Source: Candidatus Pacearchaeota archaeon (GTDB taxonomy: Archaea; Nanobdellota; Nanobdellia; Pacearchaeales; DTIR01). Taken from it: a DNA stretch of 64,000 bases. How positions within the stretch are numbered: position 1 is the stretch's first letter; each line of letters begins with the position of its first letter. A program made the translations under genes and the position numbers. This document shows positions 26,757-35,900 of this stretch, piece after piece. Under the pieces are notes generated by a model that made no database searches, had not been told where the DNA came from, and worked only from the letters and a program-made list of their open reading frames with translations. The DNA lies in contig JAGVXL010000001.1 in NCBI GenBank assembly GCA_018303805.1, positions 433,528 through 497,527 of the forward strand, given 5' to 3'.

Positions 26757-26844
26757 ACAAGATCTTTTTATGCTAAATCAAAAGAGATGCTCTATAAAAA
26801 ACTTTCCTGCCAGAAAAATATTTATACCCCCTGCACTTCGGAAA

Positions 26845-27273
26845 ATGATGCAAAAAGAGGTTTTAGCCAGTCAGGATAATTTTTCCAAAGGGAGGTTGGA
26901 TTCTCTTATAGATTATCTTGCATCCAAGTTAGATATTGACTGCATTTACTTCGGGCATGAATCCTTGCCTTTTATAGGGCACTGCAATCTTTACATTGCA
27001 TTAGATGCCCGTGACGAACTAGAAAAATATGCAATGGGAAAACTGCCTCAGGAATTCAAAGGTTACGACCCCTGTTTTGCAAAACACATTTGGGATATAG
27101 ATGGGAGAACTCTCAACGGGCTTGAGGTCAATTCTGTCCTGCTCACACCAGAAGAGATAGAAAATACCGCAAAAAGAAACAGCATCAAATTTAATTTAGA
27201 CCACAGCAGAATAGCCTATGAAATTATCACAATTAGGGGCCCCTGCAATTGCTATAAGAATTCTCACAATTAA
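26845..27273 (+). CDS. Hypothetical protein
   Basis: The track ORF starts at 26635 but overlaps the convergent membrane gene. The internal ATG at 26845 (MMQKEV...) avoids the overlap. Confidence 0.35.
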   Translation: MMQKEVLASQDNFSKGRLDSLIDYLASKLDIDCIYFGHESLPFIGHCNLYIALDARDELEKYAMGKLPQEFKGYDPCFAKHIWDIDGRTLNGLEVNSVLLTPEEIENTAKRNSIKFNLDHSRIAYEIITIRGPCNCYKNSHN

Positions 27274-27319
27274 GCAATTATGAAACAAGATTTATAAGTA
27301 AGTTCGTACAACTTGCTGT

Positions 27320-28156
27320 ATGGAAAAACAGGAGTTCTTGAAAAAGATTGAAACAGAGCTAAAAATTTCAAAAAATTCTGAATACACCATAAGAAACTAT
27401 CTCTTTTTCAATTCAGCGCTTCTTGATTTTATAAAGAAAAATCCTGACGAGATAACCTCTGATGATGTAAAGTCCTTTATGGCTGAAAATCTGTCAAATA
27501 AGTCATCTTCTTCCAGCATACTTTTTCTTTCAGCTTTAAAATACGCATACACAAACATACTTGACAAAGATATAACCTCTGGAATAAAAAGGCCAAAGCG
27601 CGAGAAGAAAATCCCCATCGTGTTAAGCAGAGAGGAAGTGAAAAAATTAATTGATGCAATAAACAACAATAAAAGCAGGATTATGATAAGCATGATTTAT
27701 GCATGCGGCTTCAGGGTTTCAGAGATTGTGAACTTGAAGATAAATGACATGGAATTCAGTGAAAAGACAGGGTATGTTAGGCAGGCGAAAGGCAAGAAAG
27801 ACAGGATTTTCAACATTCCTTATTCATTGTTTGAACAGCTTAAAAACTATGCAGAAAAGCAGAAGCAGCTGGGAAATGAATTTCTGTTTGCAGGCCCAAG
27901 AGGGCGGCTGTCAACGAGGAACATTGAGAAAATAGTCAAGAAAGCAGCATTAAAGGCCGGCATTAGCAAGAGAGTTACGCCCCACACATTGAGGCATTCA
28001 TTCGCAACGCATTTGCTTGAGTCAGGAACAGACATAAGAAAAATTCAGGAATTGCTCGGGCATTCCGACCTGAGCACAACACAGATATACACCCACATAT
28101 CAGCAGAAGAACTCAAAAAAGTCAAATCGCCTTTGGACAGCCTGAATGGGCAATAA
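27320..28156 (+). CDS. xerA: Tyrosine recombinase XerA/XerCD-like
   Basis: R...HTLRHSFATHLLESG...LLGHSDLSTTQIYTH catalytic signature; N-terminal SAM-like core-binding domain. Confidence 0.85.
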   Translation: MEKQEFLKKIETELKISKNSEYTIRNYLFFNSALLDFIKKNPDEITSDDVKSFMAENLSNKSSSSSILFLSALKYAYTNILDKDITSGIKRPKREKKIPIVLSREEVKKLIDAINNNKSRIMISMIYACGFRVSEIVNLKINDMEFSEKTGYVRQAKGKKDRIFNIPYSLFEQLKNYAEKQKQLGNEFLFAGPRGRLSTRNIEKIVKKAALKAGISKRVTPHTLRHSFATHLLESGTDIRKIQELLGHSDLSTTQIYTHISAEELKKVKSPLDSLNGQ

Positions 28157-28161
28157 AAAAT

Positions 28162-28467
28162 TTATTTTTTTACTTCCCTGCCCAAAATTCTTTCAACAGC
28201 CCTTATCTTGTCACCAAGCCCGTATTTCTTGTCACTTCTCTCATCGATGGTTATATGAGTTATAACCCTCCCTGCTTCTTTTAATACTGCATAATGGCAT
28301 TTTTCTACAATATCCATCACTTCCCCCCATTCACCATACACCTCTGTATTCATGTTATTCAGCTGGTATTCCAAGCCGCTCTGTTCGACGATTTCAGTAA
28401 CTCTTGCTATATACTTGCTCAGGCTTCTCCCCTGCCCTATAGGCTCAATGGAGATTGCAGCTATCAT
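28162..28467 (-). CDS. MTH1187/YkoF-like (UPF0045) thiamine-binding family protein
   Basis: 101 aa: MIAAISIEPIGQGRSLSKYIA...LNNMNTEVYGEW... Confidence 0.6.
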   Translation of the reverse strand: MIAAISIEPIGQGRSLSKYIARVTEIVEQSGLEYQLNNMNTEVYGEWGEVMDIVEKCHYAVLKEAGRVITHITIDERSDKKYGLGDKIRAVERILGREVKK

Positions 28468-28562
28468 ATTTCCTCAACTGAACATAATAGTACAATGAAT
28501 TATTTAAATTTTTGCATAATCTTTTTTCCTCTAAGAATAAAAGATGCAAAGATTACCATGAG

Positions 28563-29231
28563 TCAAAGCAATCTTGCGAGCTCATTGACAGAATGTATTG
28601 TTTTTATCGCCCCTTCTTTGATTAATTCAGTTTTTTTGTTGTAGCCAGAGAGTATGCCAATAAAATCCATGCCCGCCCTTTTTGCTGCCAATGCATCATA
28701 AATTGAATCCCCAATAACAAGGCATTCTCCTGGATTTACTTTAAGCTTTCTTGCAGTGTAAAGAAACTGCTCTGGATATGGCTTTCCTTTCTTTACATCA
28801 TTTATAGTTGCGACAAAGTCAAACATTTCCTGAAAGTCCCTATCTGTTGAATGTGTAAAGATAATCCTGCTTGAGCCTGTTGCAACTGCAATTTTGTAGT
28901 TAAACCTTATTTTTCTTAGTGTCGCTTTAACTCCGGGAAAAACAATATCCCTCTGCCCGATAAACTTGAAATAATGATATCTTCTCTCCTCCCTTAAATC
29001 TGGAACATTGCCTCTGAATTTATACCTTTTTTTTAGTTCGCCTAATATCACGGCAGTGGGCATGCCTATAAGCTTTTTCAGGTAAGAATCCTCTATCCTG
29101 ATGTCATGCTCAAGCAGCAAATCCTTGAATGCAAGGAAATGATACGGAAGCGAGTTTATCAATGTGCCATCCAAATCAAAAATTATTGCCTTGTATTTTT
29201 TATCTTTGCTGTTCATAGCAGGAAAAAACAA
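28563..29231 (-). CDS. HAD-superfamily hydrolase (PGP/beta-PGM-like)
   Basis: IIFDLDGTLINS and GDSIYD motifs. Confidence 0.7.
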   Translation of the reverse strand: MFFPAMNSKDKKYKAIIFDLDGTLINSLPYHFLAFKDLLLEHDIRIEDSYLKKLIGMPTAVILGELKKRYKFRGNVPDLREERRYHYFKFIGQRDIVFPGVKATLRKIRFNYKIAVATGSSRIIFTHSTDRDFQEMFDFVATINDVKKGKPYPEQFLYTARKLKVNPGECLVIGDSIYDALAAKRAGMDFIGILSGYNKKTELIKEGAIKTIHSVNELARLL

Positions 29232-29465
29232 ACTGCATATAAAAATCTAATGTTGAGAAAAAAGAAGTAGAGAGGTTATGTTCCGGGGAAAAGAGGTTAA
29301 CCCTTCCCATAACCCCCAACCAGCCAGCATTTGAATATGCTACTTTCTCCAGGAAAAAGCCATTTTAAACCGTTGTGAAAGCATAAAACAGAACAGTGTT
29401 CCATAGGTTGCCGCAGGGCAAAAGCAAACCAAAGACTTTTTAAAATAAAAATGCATCTTTAGAAT

Positions 29466-30179
29466 ATGGTTAATATTCTGTTCAGCCCAAGGTGGTTTTG
29501 GGGCATTGACGCCCTGTTTGAGTCTGTTGCGATACTCGCAACAGCCCTGCTTGCGTTTTATGCCTACAAGCTGTATAAATTCACAAAAAAATCAAGCCAT
29601 AAGTATTTCAGCCTGAGCTTCCTGACGCTTTCATTGGCATTTCTTGCCAAGGTTATAACAAACATCCTCCTTTATTTTCCCAGTTTGAGAAAAAACACAA
29701 TTGATTTTCTCCTTCTGAAATATTATATCCTAAGCAATACAAACCTGATTTATGCAGCGGGGAATCTTGTCTATAGGTTCATGATGCTTCTCGGCCTGCT
29801 GGGGATATTCTGGGTTATAGGCAAGGCAAGGGAGAAAAATAAGCTGCTAATCCTGCTTTATTTTATTTCAGCAGTTTCTTTTGTCAGCATTTTTGCAGCA
29901 GCTACATCCTATTTTATTTTAGAGCTCTACCCAATCTTCCATATAACCGCAGCATTATTCCTTGCGTATATCTCCTATTTTTATTATGACAATTTCATAA
30001 AGAAAAGAAAAAACACAACACTAGGCATATTTCTGAGCTTTTTATTAATATTTCTGAGCCAGATAATATTCATTTTTGTGCTTGTTGATTTGCGCATATA
30101 TGTTATAGCAGAATTGCTGCAGCTTGCAGGTTATTTCTTGCTGCTTTACGAATATTACACCCTGACAAGGAAGAAATAG
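29466..30179 (+). CDS. Polytopic membrane protein
   Basis: 6-7 TM helices. Confidence 0.45.
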   Translation: MVNILFSPRWFWGIDALFESVAILATALLAFYAYKLYKFTKKSSHKYFSLSFLTLSLAFLAKVITNILLYFPSLRKNTIDFLLLKYYILSNTNLIYAAGNLVYRFMMLLGLLGIFWVIGKAREKNKLLILLYFISAVSFVSIFAAATSYFILELYPIFHITAALFLAYISYFYYDNFIKKRKNTTLGIFLSFLLIFLSQIIFIFVLVDLRIYVIAELLQLAGYFLLLYEYYTLTRKK

Positions 30180-30187
30180 GGGGCAAA

Positions 30188-30460
30188 ATGGTTAAGAAAA
30201 GAAACAAAATAGAGATAATCCAAGATATTTTGAGAACAATAAGGGACAAGAGGGGGAAAATAAAACAAACCCATTTGATGTACAAAGTGAATTTATCCCA
30301 TAAATTGATGAAATCCTATCTGGAGGAGCTCATAGCAAAAGAGATGATATCCGAAATCAAGGAAGAGAGGAATATTTACATACTAATAAAGCCAAGAGGG
30401 GAGGAATTCATGGATAAGCTGAAGAAACTTACAGAATTCCAAGAGGCATTCGGCTTGTAA
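30188..30460 (+). CDS. Small winged-helix protein
   Basis: ...EIIQDILRTIRDKRGKIKQTHLMYKVNLSHKLMKSYLEELIAKEMI...; 8 nt after the membrane gene. Confidence 0.5.
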   Translation: MVKKRNKIEIIQDILRTIRDKRGKIKQTHLMYKVNLSHKLMKSYLEELIAKEMISEIKEERNIYILIKPRGEEFMDKLKKLTEFQEAFGL

Positions 30461-30470
30461 TTGGGCATCT

Positions 30471-31100
30471 TCAGAGTTCTATTATCCCTTCAAATTGTTC
30501 TTTGAAATATTCAAAGTTCTTGTATAGGACTGCATGCATGCCTATTTTCCTTGCAGGAATGAGGTTTCTTTCTTTATCATCCACATAAATGCATTTTTCA
30601 GCATCAAAATTATTTGTGTTCAGGACATTCCTGTATGCTGCTTCATCAGGTTTTGCAATTTGCTCTTTATGGGATAGATAGAAACGGTTAATGAATCTTA
30701 ATTTTCCATTGATTATATCTTCCTTTATCCTATCTTCATTTTCAGGGCATGAGTTGCTTAACGCGTAAATTTTGAATTTTCCATTCAAATTCAGGAGAAA
30801 ATTGCATAGATCTTCATCAGAATCGTGCCATATATTTGTGAAAGCCACGCTTAATTTTTTTCCTGCACTTTCTTCAAATCCCAATTCCTTTGCAACATTC
30901 TTCCAATACTCATCAGAGTTTATTTTATCAACCCTATATTGTTCCCACTCCTTTGAATATGCATCTAAAAATTGCTCAAATGTTATTTTATTGTTAATGT
31001 CTCCTACCTTTTCTAGAACTAAGTCCCATCTTTCAGGATAAATCACATTGCCGATATCAGTTATCAATGCTTCAATGTTTGCCATTTTACACAAACTCAT
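30471..31100 (-). CDS. HAD-like hydrolase
   Basis: ITDIGNVI (degenerate motif I), SNS and VDDKERN motifs. Confidence 0.5.
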   Translation of the reverse strand: MSLCKMANIEALITDIGNVIYPERWDLVLEKVGDINNKITFEQFLDAYSKEWEQYRVDKINSDEYWKNVAKELGFEESAGKKLSVAFTNIWHDSDEDLCNFLLNLNGKFKIYALSNSCPENEDRIKEDIINGKLRFINRFYLSHKEQIAKPDEAAYRNVLNTNNFDAEKCIYVDDKERNLIPARKIGMHAVLYKNFEYFKEQFEGIIEL

Positions 31101-32670
31101 TAATTCCTTTCTGTCTGATATTCTTGCTGCTTTTCTTCCTGAAATTTTCGCTTAAGTCCCGGAGTATGCCATGCATCTTTCTTTCCTTTGCAAGGGAGGC
31201 GTAGTGGTATGACTCGTCTCTTGTTTTTCTTGTTATCAGTATAACAAGTTTTCCAGGCATTAATCTCGCAGTTCTGCCCTGCCTTTGTATTTTCCTTATT
31301 GCAGATGGAACAGGCTCATAGAAAATAACTGCATTCACCTCTGGCAAGTCCAAACCCTCCTCGCCAATAGAACTCGCAACAAGGATATTTATTTTTCCTT
31401 CCTTGAATTCTTTGATTATTCCCTGCTGCTCTTTTTGTGTCAAGCCCCCCTCATCTCTTCTGGCCTGCCCTATGAATACCTTTGCATTAACACCATCAAT
31501 CTTGTTCAGTTCCCTGCAAATAGTTGTTATTGTGTCCCTATATTGGGAGAAAACTATAATCCTCGCCTTGCCATTTTCTTTCATGTCATTTTCAACAATC
31601 TCTTTCAGGGCAGAGAGTTTTGGATGCTCAATGTTTCTTGCAAGGAGCTCGGTTGTTTGGATATAAGCCCTGCTAAACTCCGCCTGCTGGACTAATTGCA
31701 CTGCCGCCCTGCTCTTTTTCTGTTCTGCCTGCCCAAATAGATCCTGCAGGTAATTGTGCAAGGAAGCAATGCCCTGTGTTTCTATAAGTTCTAGAGCATG
31801 CTGAATCTTTATAGCCTGGGCTCCAACACTTGCGCCTTTCAGCAGATTAAAATGCTTGTTGCCAGAGCCAATTGCACGCATTATCCTGCCCTGCAGCTCA
31901 AGCAGATTCTTTTTGGTTGGCGGCTGAAACAGCAATTTCCTGTTTTTCAGCTCTTCAATTTTCCTGCCGAAGATATCCTCAAAATTTTTTCTAATATCCT
32001 TGAATGCTTCCGGCAGTTCAACCCTTATAATTCTGGTTTTCAACTCCTGCAGGTAGGATTTTACATCATCGCTTTCCCTTGTCCTTGCCTCAACAGCATC
32101 TATATGGAGATTATTGCATATATCTTTTATTACACTCATCTCACTACCAGGACTTGCTGTCAATCCTAGTATCCTCTGATTTCTTGCCTGCTTTATATAA
32201 ACATCTGCGACATAGACATAGTCATAGCTTTTCAAACATCTATGGGATTCATCCTCAATAAGCAAAACAACATCCTCCAGGCTATACAGGCTGTTGCGCA
32301 AATCATTTGCAACGCATTGTGGAGTTGAAAAAACAAGGTCTGCCTTCTGCCAAATTTCTTTTCTTTTTCCTGCATTAACCTTGCCTGTAAAGAGCTGCAT
32401 GTCCCCATACAATCCAGGCAAATGCTTTTTGAAATATTCAAGGTGCTGCATTGCTAGAGGCCTTGTTGGGGCAAGAAATAAAATTTTTCCTGCAAATTGC
32501 TTTTGCCTTTCTATTGAAAGCATTAATGCAATCAATGTTTTGCCTATGCCCGTAGGCAGAACAACGAGGGTGTTATGCTTCAAGGCAGTCTGCAATATTG
32601 CCTCTTGATATCCTCTTGGTTTGATATTCTGGAGCATATAAACAAAAAAGAGGATTTGTTTAAATAACAA
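31087..32670 (-). CDS. hef: Hef/FANCM-like SF2 helicase, helicase module only
   Basis: PRGYQ, LPTGIGKT, DESH, TASPG and QRQGRTAR motifs. It ends after the helicase core with no ERCC4 nuclease or HhH2. The likely true start is ATG at 32637. Confidence 0.75.
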   Translation of the reverse strand: MLFKQILFFVYMLQNIKPRGYQEAILQTALKHNTLVVLPTGIGKTLIALMLSIERQKQFAGKILFLAPTRPLAMQHLEYFKKHLPGLYGDMQLFTGKVNAGKRKEIWQKADLVFSTPQCVANDLRNSLYSLEDVVLLIEDESHRCLKSYDYVYVADVYIKQARNQRILGLTASPGSEMSVIKDICNNLHIDAVEARTRESDDVKSYLQELKTRIIRVELPEAFKDIRKNFEDIFGRKIEELKNRKLLFQPPTKKNLLELQGRIMRAIGSGNKHFNLLKGASVGAQAIKIQHALELIETQGIASLHNYLQDLFGQAEQKKSRAAVQLVQQAEFSRAYIQTTELLARNIEHPKLSALKEIVENDMKENGKARIIVFSQYRDTITTICRELNKIDGVNAKVFIGQARRDEGGLTQKEQQGIIKEFKEGKINILVASSIGEEGLDLPEVNAVIFYEPVPSAIRKIQRQGRTARLMPGKLVILITRKTRDESYHYASLAKERKMHGILRDLSENFRKKSSKNIRQKGINEFV

Positions 32671-32675
32671 TCGCT

Positions 32676-33368
32676 TTATCTTTTTCCTAAGCTATAGAAC
32701 AAAACTGCAGCAATTATCGCCGCGATTAAAGCGGTTATTACTGTGATAAGCGTGTTTGCAGCTACATGCAGCAGCACAAGAACCGCCAAACTTAATGTGA
32801 ACATAAAAACCCAGAATATCCTGCCGCCAAAGAATATCTTTCCTCCATCATACGCGGGGAAAGGCAGCATGTTAAAAAATACAAACCATAGATTGATGAA
32901 TGCAATTTGCTGATAGCCAAGGGCAGATGCAACAATGGCAGCAATCAAATTTATAACCATGCCAAATGCAGATATCAGCGCAATATCCCATTCAGTCACT
33001 TCAGCAAATTTTCTCCCAACTCTCCTTAAGGTTGCATGCACTTCAAATGTTGAAACAACAAGCCACCATACATTGCCTAGACTCAGCCATACAACCGCCA
33101 CGGGCCAGATAAGCCATGCAGGCAAGGGCCATGCAAAATACTGGGCTCTGTCAAAGCCGTACCTTTCAATATTCCATGGCTTGACCTCTAATTCACATCC
33201 TAATTTGTATGCGAGAAGTTTTTTTGCGGCAATGTTTATAAGCAAAACACCCAGGGCAACCGCGAAGAATTTAAGCCATATCTGATAAGAGGAAACAGGA
33301 AACGCTATTACATATCCTAAAACAGTTGCGGCAAGCAAAATAAACAGGGATTCCTTTATCCTTAACAT
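32676..33368 (-). CDS. Site-2-protease (M50)-like membrane protein lacking HExxH
   Basis: It has the FNMLPFPAYDGG (NxxPxxxxDG) motif but no HExxH anywhere. Confidence 0.45.
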   Translation of the reverse strand: MLRIKESLFILLAATVLGYVIAFPVSSYQIWLKFFAVALGVLLINIAAKKLLAYKLGCELEVKPWNIERYGFDRAQYFAWPLPAWLIWPVAVVWLSLGNVWWLVVSTFEVHATLRRVGRKFAEVTEWDIALISAFGMVINLIAAIVASALGYQQIAFINLWFVFFNMLPFPAYDGGKIFFGGRIFWVFMFTLSLAVLVLLHVAANTLITVITALIAAIIAAVLFYSLGKR

Positions 33369-33410
33369 AACATTGGGTAGTATGCTAATTTTTTAAACTT
33401 TCTCTTTCCG

Positions 33411-33485
33411 CGAAAAGCTGGCAATCCCCGCCGAAGCGGGCATCACAGGCTTTTCGAGGCACAGGAAATTTCTGATTTCCTTGTG
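33411..33485 (+). repeat. Two-hairpin element, copy 1
   Basis: CGAAAAGC...GCTTTTCG encloses CCCGC-cgaa-GCGGG, followed by GGCACAGGAAAT-ttctg-ATTTCCTTGTG. Confidence 0.6.
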
Positions 33486-33544
33486 TTTCGTCAAGAGAAA
33501 ACTATTTAAATTTCTCTTTGTAAGATTAAGAAGGGAGGGGAAAA

Positions 33545-33727
33545 ATGAACAAATGGCTTGAATTGCTCATTGGCTTGATATTGGTGATATTGCCTATTGT
33601 TGTTGCAATCAACTTGCCGGCATGGGGCGCAGCAGCAATCTTGTTCCTGCGAGGGGGCATTGTTGTTGGTGTTATATTAATTGGCTTGCTTTTCTTGATG
33701 CTGGGCATAAGCGACATCAAAGGCTGA
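33545..33727 (+). CDS. Small 2-TM membrane protein
   Basis: 60-aa hydrophobic ORF with GGAGGGG upstream, followed by T-rich tandem repeats (33728-33765). Confidence 0.5.
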   Translation: MNKWLELLIGLILVILPIVVAINLPAWGAAAILFLRGGIVVGVILIGLLFLMLGISDIKG

Positions 33728-33788
33728 TTTTTGGTTTTTTATTTTCTTTTTTGGTTTTTTATTCTTATTTCTTCCCAAGGCTTCTCCA

Positions 33789-33839
33789 CGAAAATCTTGC
33801 TAGATTTTCGGGGCACAGGAAATCTTTGATTTCCTTGTG
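33789..33839 (+). repeat. Two-hairpin element, copy 2
   Basis: CGAAAATCT-tgct-AGATTTTCG, followed by GGCACAGGAAAT-ctttg-ATTTCCTTGTG. Confidence 0.6.
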
Positions 33840-33892
33840 TTTTAAGAAGGCTTTTTGTAAAAGTTTAAATTTATAGTGTCTTTCTAGTTTTT

Positions 33893-35092
33893 ATGGGAGA
33901 GTCCTGTTATCTTTGTAAGGGCAAGGGCATTTGCGGCAAGCCCTGTAGAATTCTTAATTCCTTAAAGAACTTTCAGCCAAAAATTAAGCTGGAGTTTTCC
34001 GGCTCTGCCCCAGAGGTATTTATCGGCAGGCATAATTACCCAGAGGTTTATACGGGCATTCTCTCGCCAAATGAGTATGGCAGCACAGAAAGATTCAGCA
34101 TGCCTGAACTTTGGTTTAAGGAACAGGCAACCATAGAGGAGATAATGCAGTTCAGAAGCCAGATGATATACAGCAGATTCAAAAGCAACATAAAAACGGG
34201 AAGTAGATTCCTTCATGTGATGCAGGAGATTGCTCTTGCAAGCAGGCCGGTTGCAACAGAATTCAAGCTCAAGAAAAAGCCAGCTGTTAATTTCAGCCTG
34301 GATTTGCATATGCCTGTTGTCGGCAATCCCGCGCCGTTGGAGAAGGCAACTCTCGAGGAAAACCCAAAAGTTGAAAGAAAAGTTGATTATCTGACAGGGG
34401 ATTATGATATTAAGGCAACGGGGGCAATCCATGAGTTGTATAAATCAAGCATAACAGTAAGCAATATAATCAAGATTTTATCAGCAGGCCTGCTTGGCTT
34501 GAAAACTCAGAGAAAGTTAGTTCCTTCAAGATGGGCAATAACCGCAACAGATGACAGCATCTCAAAGATGCTGCTTGAAAAAGTTAAAGCTTATCCATTT
34601 ATTTCAGAATTTCTGCTTTTTCATGCAGAGTATCTGGGGAATCATTATGAAATTCTGCTTATGCCTTCACAGTTTGAGTTTGAAGTGATAGAAGCAAAGA
34701 TGCCAGGTTCTGTATGGAACCCCGAAACAGGCAATACCTATTTTGCCCAGGATTATGAAAGCTGCTTTGGCAGGAAAGAATATGCAAGCAATGTTACAGG
34801 CGCATACTATGCAAACAGGCTTGCTGTTGCAGAATATTTAGCAAGAATAGGAAAACAGGCATCCTGCCTTGTCATGAGAGAGGCAAGGCAGGAATATTAT
34901 ATGCCATGCGGGGTTGGGATATTAAGGGAAGCCAGCAGGGACGCATTTGCAAGATTGCCTGAAAAATTCCAAAGCATTCAAGAGGCTTTGCAGGAAGCAG
35001 GAAAAAGAATGAGGATGCCCACATCAGAATTCACAAGTAGGAGCATGCTTCTCAGGAATTTTAAGAGTCAGAAAAGATTAAGCGAGTTTTAA
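33893..35092 (+). CDS. nreA: Nre-family DNA repair protein (DUF650/DUF651)
   Basis: N-terminal CYLCKGKGICGKPCRIL cluster, then ...GSAPEVFIGRHNYPEVYTGILSP; about 400 aa. Confidence 0.65.
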   Translation: MGESCYLCKGKGICGKPCRILNSLKNFQPKIKLEFSGSAPEVFIGRHNYPEVYTGILSPNEYGSTERFSMPELWFKEQATIEEIMQFRSQMIYSRFKSNIKTGSRFLHVMQEIALASRPVATEFKLKKKPAVNFSLDLHMPVVGNPAPLEKATLEENPKVERKVDYLTGDYDIKATGAIHELYKSSITVSNIIKILSAGLLGLKTQRKLVPSRWAITATDDSISKMLLEKVKAYPFISEFLLFHAEYLGNHYEILLMPSQFEFEVIEAKMPGSVWNPETGNTYFAQDYESCFGRKEYASNVTGAYYANRLAVAEYLARIGKQASCLVMREARQEYYMPCGVGILREASRDAFARLPEKFQSIQEALQEAGKRMRMPTSEFTSRSMLLRNFKSQKRLSEF

Positions 35093-35103
35093 ATATATCT
35101 TAA

Positions 35104-35835
35104 TTATCTATGATTTCTCTTACAATCAAGAACAAACCTGCAATAATCATTTACATTGCGGAATATTTGTTCAGCACCTGCTTCTTGCAGCACAGCAGCC
35201 CACTCATTAATATTTTGAGGAGGGAGAATACCATAAAGGCGAACGTGATTAACAGCTTTTGCTTGTCTTATTGGCAAGGGTCTGTCATCGCAGAAAAATA
35301 CATTCTGCGGCTTGAATTGCGCCATTACTTTTTCTAAGCCATCTTTTTTTCCTTCGCAGTCAGACATACCCAGTATCAGGCTAAAATGATGCAATGCTCC
35401 ATTTCTTTTCAGCGTATACTCAACTTCTTCCCTTGGCGCCCCGCTGATAATGACAAGGAGGTATTTTTCTGCTAATTGCGCAAGCAGTTTATTGTCTGCC
35501 AGCCATGGTTCGTCATTGATATAGCCGCTAAAATCCCGATTTTTTCCGAGATATAAATCCTGAAATTTTTCCTTGACTGTCAAGAAATCAATTTTGATTC
35601 CTCTTTGTTGCAATATCTTGTGTGTTCTTTCCCAGTCATCATTGCTTTGCTTCATTGACACTTCCAATTCCTTAATTGAAGCAGGCATTCCTTTATCAAA
35701 GAATGCAACAGTTTCAATAATGCATCTTTGATAGGAAACAGACTCATCTCTCAAAACACCATCACTGTCAAAAGCAAGCAACGTTTTCATGCTATGTGGA
35801 TTTTTGCCTTGTTTAAAAGCTTTATTATAATGCAC
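35104..35835 (-). CDS. HAD-superfamily hydrolase
   Basis: LAFDSDGVL motif I; ISGAPREE; FFCDDRP. Confidence 0.6.
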   Translation of the reverse strand: MHYNKAFKQGKNPHSMKTLLAFDSDGVLRDESVSYQRCIIETVAFFDKGMPASIKELEVSMKQSNDDWERTHKILQQRGIKIDFLTVKEKFQDLYLGKNRDFSGYINDEPWLADNKLLAQLAEKYLLVIISGAPREEVEYTLKRNGALHHFSLILGMSDCEGKKDGLEKVMAQFKPQNVFFCDDRPLPIRQAKAVNHVRLYGILPPQNINEWAAVLQEAGAEQIFRNVNDYCRFVLDCKRNHR

Positions 35836-35900
35836 AATGAACAGAAAGGTATTTTAATATCTTTTTTCTTTAACTATTAAAAGAAAGAAAAAGGTGAAAA

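Noticed and set aside
27320-28156. XerA-like recombinase as the integrase of the 19-24 kb island or of the VapBC cassette.
   Set aside because: It lies 3-4 kb outside the island, beyond core-type genes, and looks like the housekeeping chromosome-dimer resolvase. I could not recognise a dif or att site next to it, so the link is not supported.
29232-29465. 234-bp intergenic region with possible stems (GGTTATG...CATAACC, GGGAA...TTCCC), considered as an ncRNA such as SRP or RNase P RNA.
   Set aside because: It has no conserved SRP, RNase P or C/D-box signatures, no second copy and no covariation evidence. It may simply hold two divergent or convergent gene ends.
33460-33485. Reading the CACAGGAAAT dyads as true mini-ORBs that define a second origin at 33.4-33.8 kb.
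   Set aside because: Only 10 of the 13 core positions are shared. There is no G-string, no AT-only unwinding stretch and no initiator gene nearby. The resemblance is noted inside the hairpin finding only.
33728-33765. Tandem TTTTGGTTTTTTATT(T/C) repeat, considered as a mini CRISPR or iteron.
   Set aside because: There are only two T-rich units directly after a stop codon, which fits an archaeal oligo-T terminator. No spacers or cas genes are present anywhere in the window.
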